DNA of 64,000 nt from a virus (taxonomy: Duplodnaviria > Caudoviricetes): the IMG/VR virus record IMGVR_UViG_3300025732_000016, one strand, 5' to 3'. Positions 18,121 through 27,330 of the stretch are shown here, in pieces. Within the stretch, counting starts at the first letter, position 1. The number at the start of each line of letters is the position of its first letter. A program made the translations under genes and the position numbers. A model generated the notes under the pieces. That model saw only the letters and a list, made by a program, of their open reading frames with translations, was not told the DNA's origin and made no database searches.

Positions 18121-18618
18121 TCAGGCCTCCTTGTAGTGCTTCTCAAACTCTTTCTGGTCGACGACGAACATCGTCTCCCCCTTGTCTTCCCTTGGAGGAG
18201 CCTTCTCCTTCGGGTGAGCCTTCCTTCCATAGTCTCGTTTGTCTTCCTTTTCTTCGTCCTTCTCAGGGTCCGAGTCTTCGAGGACCTCATCCCTGAGCGG
18301 TGGGACAGCGATTCCTGGGATCTCACTTGGCTTTTGCTGTGAGGGAGGTCTCGCAGTCTTTGGAACCTCGTCGGCTGGGGGCTCAACCCTCGGTTCCTCG
18401 GGAGAGCGGAGGACAATCTTTGCGTCACCGGGCTCGCCGGTCACTCCCTTCACAGTGTAGATGAAGCCCGAAGGCTCGTGCTTCACCTTCAGGTCCTTCC
18501 CGATGATGAGCTTGCCACGGGAATCGAAGATCTCCATCTCATTGAGCTGGCTCTTCAGTCTTTCCTCGTACTCCTCACGCATGAGACGGATAATGTCTTT
18601 CGGCTTGAACTTACGCAT
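18121..18618 (-). CDS. Hypothetical protein (165 aa)
   Basis: IIRLMREEYEERL leader variant. Confidence 0.7.
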   Translation of the reverse strand: MRKFKPKDIIRLMREEYEERLKSQLNEMEIFDSRGKLIIGKDLKVKHEPSGFIYTVKGVTGEPGDAKIVLRSPEEPRVEPPADEVPKTARPPSQQKPSEIPGIAVPPLRDEVLEDSDPEKDEEKEDKRDYGRKAHPKEKAPPREDKGETMFVVDQKEFEKHYKEA

Positions 18619-20849
18619 TAGAGTATCCCCGCGAGGCGTTGCCAGCGTTCAATGATCAGTGAGTCGCTCACTTGCTCTGATTCGATGAGGCGATCTGCAA
18701 GACCGGCCTTTCTATCTGCTTGCTTCTTCATCCCAAGTTGACTTGCGGCATCGAGGATGGGCTTCGCGACATTTTGCACTTCTTCTCCACCAAGAGGGTA
18801 TCCGCTGCCATCAAGACCGAGCTTGCCAGATTGCTTCAATGACTTCTTCACTGCGTCGAGGACGCCCTGCCTCTTTCCTTTCTCGACACCTGCTGCTGCA
18901 AGCCCGAGGCTTATCATGTCCTTGCCGTCGACCTTACGAATTTCGCCCCTCTTCGGCTCATCACTCTCAGTTTTAGTCGCGTTGCCATCTTTGTCTGTGA
19001 ACTTTCCATCCTTCGCGAGCTGGTTGAGCTCTTTCACAATCTTCATTGTGAGTTTTTGAGCATCGACCGCTGGATTTTTTCTTTTCTTGACCGGGTACCA
19101 TCCGATTTGATCACCCATCTTGTAAACTTCACCGTCTGAAGCTTTTACGAATTTTCCTTTGTACTCTGCCTGCTTTGCGTTGCCCTTTGTGCCCGCTGGC
19201 TTATCATCATCTCCCGATGACCCACCTGCTTTCCCTCCAGTGATTTTATCGAAGATTTGTTGGGCGACCTCTTCAGGCTTCTTACCTCCCTTTACGTGGG
19301 GCTCGACAGCTTTCACAAGGACAGTCTTTACCTTCTCGGGCATTTCACCCTCAAAGAGGAAAGAAAGAGACTTTCTTGACAACGATGATTCAATCAGTTT
19401 GAGAGTTGTTTGACGATGAGCTGTCTCGAGACGAAGGGCCTTTCGCGCTTCCGAGTCACCGAGAAGAGCTTTTGTCAGGCTGTTGAAACCCTCATCACCG
19501 ATGAGATCCTTGATGAAACTCTGGACATCTGGCTTGATATTGAGGACCTGCGTATTGACAGCGTCGGTCACAGCACCAGTGTTCGGCTTTTCGCCCTTGT
19601 CTACCTGAGTCGAGAGACTCTTGATGAGGACAGACAGTATCTCTTTCATGGTACCGTCAAATTCTTCGAGCTTTTTCTTTCCTGTTGCGATTTCAATGAA
19701 CGCTTGAGAGATCTTGCTCCCGTATTCGTCCTCGAGAGAGCTCGATATTTTCGAACGATCAGCGCTGCTTATGTCGGTTACGTTCTTAACGTCTGAAGTT
19801 GTGGGGGCGCCACCGCCACCGCTGGACCCCCCTCCACCGCCGCCACCGTCGCCGCCGCCGCCCTTGTCGCTGCCGCCGCCACCAGCAGTGGGCGGTGTAA
19901 CCTTCGGTGGGTTAGTGACAAAGCTCTTGAAGAACCCGACATTCTTCATCACGAGGTTGTGGATGTCCTTTGAGCTTGCCTTGGAAAGATCGTCTAGAAG
20001 AACTGTGTCAATTGGCCCCTTGAATAGGGTGGTCAGAGCCTTGACTGATGCCTTGCCAGCAGGAGGAGCGTCGCTCTTAAAGAGACCCATGAACCAGTCC
20101 AGCAGACCCTCGTTGAGTAGATCTGCGTCGTTGGTTACTGCCTCGAGGAACATGTCATCATTGAGATCTTGGGGAACTGTGAGCTGCGCTCGTCTACCCT
20201 CCTCGATGTTGAGTGCAGACTTAATGGCGCGGATCGCCTTCCACGCCGCAGGAGCGGGAGCGAACTTCGAAGCGATGAGCTTCTGCAGCTCTGACTTCCC
20301 CTTCGCCTCATCGCCGTCTCCCAGTGTGGTCGCGACTGTTTGATCATCCTTGTCCTTCCCAGCCTCTTTCACTCTCTTCGCTGTGGAGGCAAGGAGATAA
20401 GAAATAGAAGCGAGAAAGAGCTTGAGGCTTGAAATGGCCGCAACCATCTTCTCAGAATCATCCGCGTTTGTAATCGAGGCAACGACCCGTGACTTTCCGT
20501 TCTGCACGAGCTTGGTCACTCCCGGAAACAGCGCAACAGCCCCCGACTCTGATTTTGCTTGTAGGACCTTAAGCATCTTGTCGAGGTCCTTAATTGCCTG
20601 GTTGCCTTGGCTGTCAAAGAAAGAGTCTAGCTCAGAATCTTCATCGTCGGCTGCGGGATCAGCGGCTGGGTCGCCCCCTTTATCATCTTCAGGTGGGTCA
20701 TCAGCACCCTTGCTCTTGCTATCCTCGCTTAAAAGGAATAGTAGCGAAGCATTTCGAATGCTTTCTCTCATCAGCAACTCAGATGCTGCAGAAGAGCTGT
20801 GAATGCGTTCTACTCTCATTTGTGACAACCTCTCAGTCCACTGATACAC
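18618..20849 (-). CDS. Large hypothetical protein (743 aa), putative virion protein
   Basis: Multiple LxE sites, Gly tract, C-term ERWQRLAGIL; GATAGTTA at 20861-20868. Confidence 0.75.
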   Translation of the reverse strand: MYQWTERLSQMRVERIHSSSAASELLMRESIRNASLLFLLSEDSKSKGADDPPEDDKGGDPAADPAADDEDSELDSFFDSQGNQAIKDLDKMLKVLQAKSESGAVALFPGVTKLVQNGKSRVVASITNADDSEKMVAAISSLKLFLASISYLLASTAKRVKEAGKDKDDQTVATTLGDGDEAKGKSELQKLIASKFAPAPAAWKAIRAIKSALNIEEGRRAQLTVPQDLNDDMFLEAVTNDADLLNEGLLDWFMGLFKSDAPPAGKASVKALTTLFKGPIDTVLLDDLSKASSKDIHNLVMKNVGFFKSFVTNPPKVTPPTAGGGGSDKGGGGDGGGGGGGSSGGGGAPTTSDVKNVTDISSADRSKISSSLEDEYGSKISQAFIEIATGKKKLEEFDGTMKEILSVLIKSLSTQVDKGEKPNTGAVTDAVNTQVLNIKPDVQSFIKDLIGDEGFNSLTKALLGDSEARKALRLETAHRQTTLKLIESSLSRKSLSFLFEGEMPEKVKTVLVKAVEPHVKGGKKPEEVAQQIFDKITGGKAGGSSGDDDKPAGTKGNAKQAEYKGKFVKASDGEVYKMGDQIGWYPVKKRKNPAVDAQKLTMKIVKELNQLAKDGKFTDKDGNATKTESDEPKRGEIRKVDGKDMISLGLAAAGVEKGKRQGVLDAVKKSLKQSGKLGLDGSGYPLGGEEVQNVAKPILDAASQLGMKKQADRKAGLADRLIESEQVSDSLIIERWQRLAGIL

Positions 20850-20863
20850 TTACCAGATGCTAA

Positions 20864-21343
20864 CTATCTATATCGACGGACTGTTAGGCCGGATTCTATG
20901 AGCAACTTTACCCCGCTTGTGTCCCTATATTCTTCAAGGTACACAACTTCCCTCACCCCACCGTTGATGATCGCCTTCGCGCACTGACGACAGGGAGAGA
21001 GGGTGAGGTACATCTTCTTCGCCTTCGGATGGTTGAAGTCGCACTTTATGAGGGCGTTGATCTCGGCGTGGATGAACCCAGATTGTCCGGGTTCGGTGGA
21101 CTCCACGGAATTTGGTCCGCCCCTGTGGTCACCGTTGTACCCCACCGCGAGGACCTGCGTGTTGTCCTCTGCGACTATGACGGCTCCGACTTGGAACCTC
21201 GGATCCAGTGACCTTCGTGAAAGTATCTTTGCAGTTTCCATCCACACCTGATCCCAGGTGGGTCTCATTGGGCTCTCTGTGTCTCTCTGAGAATCGATGA
21301 AGTCATTGATGTGGATTACCTTATCATCGTCAGAAGTAGTCAC
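20864..21343 (-). CDS. dCMP deaminase
   Basis: QVGAVIV, GYNG, HAEINAL, TLSPCRQCAKAII Zn motif. Confidence 0.92.
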   Translation of the reverse strand: MTTSDDDKVIHINDFIDSQRDTESPMRPTWDQVWMETAKILSRRSLDPRFQVGAVIVAEDNTQVLAVGYNGDHRGGPNSVESTEPGQSGFIHAEINALIKCDFNHPKAKKMYLTLSPCRQCAKAIINGGVREVVYLEEYRDTSGVKLLIESGLTVRRYR

Positions 21344-21358
21344 TGGTGGTCACTCCGT

Positions 21359-22201
21359 TCACTTGTCGAAGATCGTCTCGATGCTGGTGTCGGGCGGAAG
21401 GGCAAATCCGGCAGCCTTCCGGTGACCGCCGCCCCCGTACTTCTTTGCGACCTCACTCACGTCCGAGTCGTCGTGGTGGGCTCGGAGGCTCACCTTCACC
21501 TGTCTCGTCTCGTGATCGTAGTACCAGATCACCGCAAAGTCGCACTTGGGGGAGAGGGCCGCTCCGATCTCCGACATCCAGTGGGGTGAGTTCACCACGA
21601 GGACGTCCTTGCCGCCGAGCTTCCGTGAGTGGGCGTTCTTCGAGATCTTGGAGATCACCGTCTTCGAGTAGGCGAGGATGTAGGCTCCGCGCTCCTGTGC
21701 AGAGTCGACAGCCGAGTCGTCGAGGTACTTGTCGAACTCCTCGAAATCGAATGGCACCATGTCGAAGGCTGCGGAGAACTCCTTCGAGTAGGGAATCTCC
21801 CACTTCCAGAGGTCACGGTCCTCGATGAACTTGATCATCCGGGGAGCCTCCTTACCCGGGTGGAAGAAGTTCCAGGCGAGCATCGCTCCGCTGTGCGTCA
21901 TGTCAAAGCGGGTGCAGGAGACGTCGTGGAGCTCGACCATCGCCGACTTGTGGTGGTCGATGATGAGGAATCCCTTTGCTTCCTTCATGAGGAGCTTTGT
22001 CGTCTGGTTGTCATAGGAGAAGTCGAGAACCACGACATTCTTCCCCTTCACATCGGGAGGTGATTCCCCATACTTTGCAGCGTGATACTCGGCCCTGTCA
22101 CCGAGGAGCTTCCACGCTGCGTATGCCGCTCCGAAACCGTCGGTGCAATTTGCGTGGTAGATGACGAGGTCGACCGAAGTTGGCTCAAGTATCATGTCCA
22201 T
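21359..22201 (-). CDS. DHH/DHHA1 phosphoesterase
   Basis: YHANCTDG, LDFS, IDHH, DRDLW, GGGGHRKAAGF. Confidence 0.9.
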   Translation of the reverse strand: MDMILEPTSVDLVIYHANCTDGFGAAYAAWKLLGDRAEYHAAKYGESPPDVKGKNVVVLDFSYDNQTTKLLMKEAKGFLIIDHHKSAMVELHDVSCTRFDMTHSGAMLAWNFFHPGKEAPRMIKFIEDRDLWKWEIPYSKEFSAAFDMVPFDFEEFDKYLDDSAVDSAQERGAYILAYSKTVISKISKNAHSRKLGGKDVLVVNSPHWMSEIGAALSPKCDFAVIWYYDHETRQVKVSLRAHHDDSDVSEVAKKYGGGGHRKAAGFALPPDTSIETIFDK

Positions 22202-22247
22202 CCGTCCTGTATACTGTAAGCCACTCTTGCTAGTTGAACAACATCAT

Positions 22248-22796
22248 TTAGGTGATGCTAGCAAGTGGGTGACAAGTCCAGCACATCGGTTCATAACTAT
22301 CTGCTCCACCCACCAAGATCTCTTCGAGAGACGGAACCCTTCGATGAGTGAGAGCAGCGTCATCTCCGCAGGAGACACATACTGCCGTGCACTTCTCGAC
22401 CCTCGTCGCAAAAGGCATCATCCTTTCTATCTCGCTAAATGACTTCAAGTTGGCCGACAACTCGATGGACGATACGTAGACCGAGACGCCCCTCTTGAAA
22501 ATCTCTATCAACGCATCGGCGCATCCTTCGATCATGAACGCCTCGTCAACGGCAACGACCTCGGGTCTTCGATCTGCGACGTGTTGGACTATCTGCTCTC
22601 CCTTGCTCACTGAAAGAGCATCCATCCTCGAGCCTGAGTGGGTGACGATGGAGCTTGCCGCGTACCTACCGTCGATGTCGGGCTTGAAACAGAGAACCTC
22701 AGTCTGCCTGATGCGGTGCCGCTCGACTGCGGCAGTCAACCTTGTGGTCTTCCCCGACCACATGGGACCGCAATAAATTACAAACTCTTTGTTCAT
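22248..22796 (-). CDS. tdk: Thymidine kinase (type II)
   Basis: GPMWSGKTT P-loop, VAVDEAFM, CVSCG, ILVGGADSYEPMCWTC. Confidence 0.92.
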   Translation of the reverse strand: MNKEFVIYCGPMWSGKTTRLTAAVERHRIRQTEVLCFKPDIDGRYAASSIVTHSGSRMDALSVSKGEQIVQHVADRRPEVVAVDEAFMIEGCADALIEIFKRGVSVYVSSIELSANLKSFSEIERMMPFATRVEKCTAVCVSCGDDAALTHRRVPSLEEILVGGADSYEPMCWTCHPLASIT

Positions 22797-22874
22797 CCGT
22801 GACTTCCGTGACTTCTTTATCATAGTCTTTCCACTCCACATCAATGTTGAGAACATCTAATAACAGGAGGCAAA

Positions 22875-23362
22875 ATGTTCATAGAGAGGATCGAGATCCC
22901 AAGGGTCAAGAAGAACGGTGAGCAGTCAAAGCAGATCAACGTCGTCCTTCGATATCTATGCGATTTTTGCAAGACCACCTATGACAAGAGACCCGCTAAC
23001 GCCAGTCACTCCTCCAGCGGATTGACTTTCTGCAGTAGGCGATGCAGGGGTGAGTCCATCAGGGTCGGAAGGGAGGGGTACAACCTCGCCAAGAAGAAGA
23101 TGCTTGAGCTTCACGGAGTAGAAAACCCGATGCAGCTCAAGGAGACAAGGGACAAGATCAAGAAGACTCTTCTTGACAGGTACGGAGTAGAGAGTCGAGC
23201 AAACCGAGAGACATTGGTAGAGTTGGAAAGTGGGAGCAAGACAGGAAGCAGGATGAGTGGTTCGCGTCTCATTCTCTCAGACTTGTCAGGGTAACAGACC
23301 TCGAAGTGAAAGCAGGTAATGCGCTAAAGAAGATTCATGACTCTTTCTTCGCACGGCCATAG
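22875..23362 (+). pseudogene. Degenerate homing-endonuclease-like gene (Zn-finger, YGVEN repeats, Vsr/DUF559-like tail) with internal deletion and frameshift
   Basis: CDFC...FCSRRC, HGVENPMQ, YGVE; -1 frame after ~23195 reads SSKPRDIGRVGKWEQDRKQDEWFASHSLRLVRVTDLEVK to TAG 23362; opposite strand to neighbours. Confidence 0.6.
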
Positions 23363-23742
23363 TCGTCCTCGACTCTGATGGGTGTATCGTCTACTCTGTC
23401 TCCGACCTCGATGAGACGGGAGTCTTCGAGAGCCTCAAAGCGATAGGGACACTCTGATTGGACGATGAAAGTATCGCCCGTCTTCAGTAAGTTCGTCTTG
23501 TATGGATGCTTTTCGCTGTCCTTCAGAGTCCTCGAATTTCCGTAAGTGACCCTCACGGTCCCGCTGAGGACAAAGAAAACTTCTGATTTGATGTTGTGAT
23601 ACTTCAGGCTCGTCCTGCAGCCCTCGTGTATCGTGATCACCTTGCCATGTATCGATTGTAGAGCGTGCCAGACGATTGTATCGCCCCAGGGCTTTGATTC
23701 TCGGGTAGACCTGCTCGTCCACGCTTCCTTTGGGGCTGCCAT
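23335..23742 (-). CDS. Cupin, mannose-6-phosphate isomerase type II C-terminal-like
   Basis: KPWG, SLKYHNIKSEVFFVLSG; TAATG coupling to epimerase. Confidence 0.75.
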   Translation of the reverse strand: MAAPKEAWTSRSTRESKPWGDTIVWHALQSIHGKVITIHEGCRTSLKYHNIKSEVFFVLSGTVRVTYGNSRTLKDSEKHPYKTNLLKTGDTFIVQSECPYRFEALEDSRLIEVGDRVDDTPIRVEDDYGRAKKES

Positions 23743-24737
23743 TAGAGACCCCACCATTCCCAGGTGAGCCTGAGTCCGTCTTCGAACTTGGTCTGCGGTG
23801 TGTATCCGAGCTGCTCTCCAGCGTATCGAATGTCACTCAGAGTGTGTCGAACGTCACCCGGTCGAGGGGGAGCGTGAACGATCTCAATGTCCTTGAAGCG
23901 CTCACGAAACATGTTGAGGATCTTATTGTTCGTGAATCTCTCACCAGCTCCGATGTTGATGCGCTCACCGTTGAACTTCTCGACCCTTGTCGCGGCGAGA
24001 ATGTTCGCCCCTACAATGTCACCAACAAACACCATGTCACGTGACTGTTCACCGTCGCCATCAGAACGGAGAGGCTTACCCTCCTTCACTCGATTGCACC
24101 ATGCCGTAATCGCTGTTGCGTAAGCCGAGTCGGCAACCTGTCGAGGACCGTAGACATTGAAGTAACGCAGGCAGACAGCGTCGAGACCGTGCAGGCGATT
24201 TGCGATGTGAATGTAGTCCTCAACGTAGGACTTCTGCAGACCGTATGGGGAGAGTGGCAGCTTCTCAGCGCTCTCGCTCGTGGGGATGATCTTCGCATCG
24301 CCGTACACTGCGCAGGTCGAAGAGAAGACAAAGCGGACAGGAGTTGGAGAAGTTTGCACTGCCTCAAGAAGCGAGAGCGTCCGTGTGCAGTTCACGTCAG
24401 TCGTCGCAGCCGGATGCTGTACAGTGTACTCTACTCGTGGGTTTGCCGCGAGATGAAAAACAGTGTCATACTTGCCCGCGCTGATTCTCTTGAGGATCCC
24501 GGGAATCTCCATGTCAGCCTCGACAACAAGAACCTGCCCTTCTCGATTGGGCTCATACTTTTCTTCATATTGATCCAGCAGGAACCCAGGGACTACTCGA
24601 AAATTGACACCTTCGAGAAATTCAATCCTGCCGTTTGACATGTCATCGACAACATCGACAGTCCAGCCAAGTTGCACAAGACTGTGAACTAGATTGGACC
24701 CGATAAAACCTGCCCCACCAGTAACTAGCGCTTTCAT
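23742..24737 (-). CDS. NAD-dependent NDP-sugar epimerase, UDP-GlcNAc 4-epimerase (WbpP)-like extended SDR
   Basis: TGGAGFIGS, HLAA, SSTCAVYG, YGLQK, LRYFNVYGPRQ, GDGEQSRD, RPGDVRHT. Confidence 0.9.
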   Translation of the reverse strand: MKALVTGGAGFIGSNLVHSLVQLGWTVDVVDDMSNGRIEFLEGVNFRVVPGFLLDQYEEKYEPNREGQVLVVEADMEIPGILKRISAGKYDTVFHLAANPRVEYTVQHPAATTDVNCTRTLSLLEAVQTSPTPVRFVFSSTCAVYGDAKIIPTSESAEKLPLSPYGLQKSYVEDYIHIANRLHGLDAVCLRYFNVYGPRQVADSAYATAITAWCNRVKEGKPLRSDGDGEQSRDMVFVGDIVGANILAATRVEKFNGERINIGAGERFTNNKILNMFRERFKDIEIVHAPPRPGDVRHTLSDIRYAGEQLGYTPQTKFEDGLRLTWEWWGL

Positions 24738-24740
24738 ATC

Positions 24741-25709
24741 TCACCTATTGTAGAAGTGGTAAACTCTGTCAGAAGTAGAAAGAAGCTGGATCTTTGCGAG
24801 TCGATCATCCTTCAGCTTCCTCGCTCTGAAACTTCCAAGAACCAGCGTCCAGTCTCTCACGAGCTGTTCTTCTCTTCCCATCTCGTGGACTCCGTCCCTA
24901 AGCTCAGCCTCGCCCAAACCCCAGACCATCCCTTCATAGGCAAGAAGCTTCTCTGTTGGGAAGACTTCAGGCAGGGGCATCATGGGACAACCTTTCGCAT
25001 CCTCGTCATTAGCGATTGCGTCCAGCATCTCAAAGTCTCTTTCATAACAGTGAAGAGAGTTTGAAGTGTGGACGTACTCACCAAGACCGACGCCCAGCTC
25101 GTTTGCCATGATCTCCTGCATCATCGTGAAAGCAGGGACATCATAAGCGATCCCGAGGATGATGTCGCTGGATCGCATGTTGACGTGGAGATGAAGCTTG
25201 CCCTCACGGATGAAGAACTGGAGGGCGAGAGTGCATGGGACATCCTTCACTGCGTGGAGGGAGTCGTCCGGGGTCCTGATGTGGATGACCGCTCGACGGG
25301 AGTCAGGGTCCTTTCGGAGCTCCTCCTTCACGTAATCCCACTGCACAATTCCTCTGTTAGCAATCCTGTCATGCGGACGGAAGATTCGAGCACCGTAGGC
25401 GGAGTTCGCCGTCACACCGTCGTCTGTGATGTTCTTCCAGAAGGAAGCGTACCGGGAGATCCATGCAGTGGAATCGGATCCTGACAGGTACCAGAGCGTT
25501 TCCGCAACGAAGTACGCGGCCGAGAAGTTTCGAGCCGCAACCAGAGGGAGACGGTCGCGAGGATTCTTGATACGAAACTGGACACCGAGGCTCTCCTTTA
25601 TCTTCATCCCCCGAGGGGCCGACTCAAACTCATGTTCATCTCTGATGAGACGACAGAGGTCCACGTAGGCTCGAGTGAAACTTTCATACGACTTCATGCG
25701 CTCAACCAC
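24741..25709 (-). CDS. Thymidylate-synthase-fold dCMP hydroxymethylase-like enzyme
   Basis: DSRRAVI, PCTLALQFFIREGKLHLHVNMRSSDIILGIAYD: Asp at the ThyA Asn177 position, as in T4 gp42. Confidence 0.8.
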   Translation of the reverse strand: MVERMKSYESFTRAYVDLCRLIRDEHEFESAPRGMKIKESLGVQFRIKNPRDRLPLVAARNFSAAYFVAETLWYLSGSDSTAWISRYASFWKNITDDGVTANSAYGARIFRPHDRIANRGIVQWDYVKEELRKDPDSRRAVIHIRTPDDSLHAVKDVPCTLALQFFIREGKLHLHVNMRSSDIILGIAYDVPAFTMMQEIMANELGVGLGEYVHTSNSLHCYERDFEMLDAIANDEDAKGCPMMPLPEVFPTEKLLAYEGMVWGLGEAELRDGVHEMGREEQLVRDWTLVLGSFRARKLKDDRLAKIQLLSTSDRVYHFYNR

Positions 25710-26221
25710 TCCCGAATTTCCTTCACTTCACGGCTGAGGTCTTCATCATCGACCCAGACCGTGAGGACCGGGCACTTTGTCCACTTCGTGAACTCATCGT
25801 AAAGCCGATCGAGCCCCTCGAGAACGTTACTGTCAACGTAGGTATGAAGGTCATCCTGGATCCCATTGTAGCTCTTGCGGCGGCAAAGGATAATCTTGCC
25901 GCCCGCTTCAGCAAACTTCTCGTCAATCTTACGGACAACTTCCTCGTTCGTCTCACGATTGAAGAAGCGAGAGTAGACCCACTCTGACGGATAGTGCCGA
26001 TCAAGGATCGCATCAGGCTGCGTCTGGTGGATGAAGTCGATGAGGAACGTGCCGCCATAGACGAGAAGATTCTTGAAATATGATGGGTCCTTGAGGTCTG
26101 TTGACCACTCACCCGTATTCTTGAAGTATGGGACTCCGAGCTGTCGAGAGAGCTCTTGAGCAATCTCCGACTTTCCCGTTCGGTCCACACCCTCGAAACT
26201 GCATAGAACATTTCTTTTCAT
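25694..26221 (-). CDS. dNMP kinase (thymidylate-kinase-like)
   Basis: FEGVDRTGKS P-loop; ILDRHYPSEWVYS. Confidence 0.85.
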   Translation of the reverse strand: MKRNVLCSFEGVDRTGKSEIAQELSRQLGVPYFKNTGEWSTDLKDPSYFKNLLVYGGTFLIDFIHQTQPDAILDRHYPSEWVYSRFFNRETNEEVVRKIDEKFAEAGGKIILCRRKSYNGIQDDLHTYVDSNVLEGLDRLYDEFTKWTKCPVLTVWVDDEDLSREVKEIREWLSA

Positions 26222-27285
26222 GCCTTGATCTCTCCCTTGGCAACTGCCTCGATGATATCAACTCTATGCTCAGGTCGAATGTCTACAACCTTACGTAGAG
26301 CGCGTTCCTGTTCCTGCACAATCTGGTGCCGGTCATTGGCAGACATGTTGTTGAGGATGTTGACGCAGCGGATGATGTCTTCTGGACTGTCAACGACGAA
26401 CTCACCGAGACCCACCGGACGAGCGTGGATGTACTCGCTCGGGATGAGAGCCACGGTGCCAGCCATGACGGACTCCATGAAGCGACCAGTGATGTTGCCG
26501 TATGGAGTGTACTCATCCTTCGTGATGTGAGTCACCGCGATGGAACGGTTGAAGGCATCGAAGATCTCGTTGTATGCGAGACGTCCACCGAACGAGACGT
26601 AGGGATTTTCCGTGAGGAGCTCAGCAGGATCCCTGCGCTCTGGACTGCGTTCGAGCCAGTTGCCGTGGACCATCGTCTGGACGCCCCGGTCGCGGAGGCC
26701 CCGAGCGGGCATGCCGTAGTACTTCTTGAACTGCTTGTCGCGCTCGTAGTTGTTGCCCACATAAGTGTAGTTGTACGAGTAAGGGACTGTCTTCAGTCGA
26801 CGATTGAGATAATTGCACCACGGAAGCGTCAATCTCTTTCGAGTCTGCACTCTGGAATTGACGCAAGCATCGGTGAGGACTGCGTTGGGAAACATGAGCT
26901 CCTCTTCGGGAGTCATCTTGAGGTCGCCGTCGTGGATGATGATGGGCACGCCCCTGCTGTGATAGTGCTCGAGGCAAGCCATCTGCCGTCGATAGTCTGG
27001 CTCGGTTGCCTTGTCTCCACCGATTGAGACATCATTCTTCCAAGTTGGCCAACGCCACTCAAAGTAAGCGACATCGACATCAGGAAACCCGCCGTCGGCG
27101 TGGAGCTCAACGCCCTTGTATGGCTTCTCATCTCTTTGGATTTGGAGCCTTGTGACCTTGTGGCCACGCTTCAACATCTCATCAACGAAGTCAACCCGGT
27201 TGCCACGTTCGCCGTCAGGTGTCGCAACGATGTTGTTCTCCTCAAACGGCGTGAGGTAACCCCAGAAGCTGTAACCGATCTTCAT
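26218..27285 (-). CDS. GT-B glycosyltransferase resembling T4 DNA beta-glucosyltransferase
   Basis: C-half FGGRLAYNEIFDAFNRSIAVTHITKDEY..GNITGRFMESVMAGTVALIPSEY parallels T4 BGT FTGKIPMNMVSEKNSQAIAALIIGDKNY..NFITLRVWETMASDAVMLIDEEF (recalled, by-eye alignment). Confidence 0.75.
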   Translation of the reverse strand: MKIGYSFWGYLTPFEENNIVATPDGERGNRVDFVDEMLKRGHKVTRLQIQRDEKPYKGVELHADGGFPDVDVAYFEWRWPTWKNDVSIGGDKATEPDYRRQMACLEHYHSRGVPIIIHDGDLKMTPEEELMFPNAVLTDACVNSRVQTRKRLTLPWCNYLNRRLKTVPYSYNYTYVGNNYERDKQFKKYYGMPARGLRDRGVQTMVHGNWLERSPERRDPAELLTENPYVSFGGRLAYNEIFDAFNRSIAVTHITKDEYTPYGNITGRFMESVMAGTVALIPSEYIHARPVGLGEFVVDSPEDIIRCVNILNNMSANDRHQIVQEQERALRKVVDIRPEHRVDIIEAVAKGEIKA

Positions 27286-27303
27286 ACTTTCTCCTTCAGA
27301 TTC

Positions 27304-27330
27304 ATTCTATCAATCACCCCAAGATTTTCA
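27304..27330 (-). promoter_or_regulatory. Putative promoter TGAAAA-N15-TAGAAT for modification operon
   Basis: Recurring class. Confidence 0.5.

Noticed and set aside
24741-25709. Ordinary ThyA thymidylate synthase
   Set aside because: Asp at the Asn177-equivalent position, PCT instead of PCH, linkage to a DNA GT, and a separate ThyX argue for a dCMP-modifying enzyme
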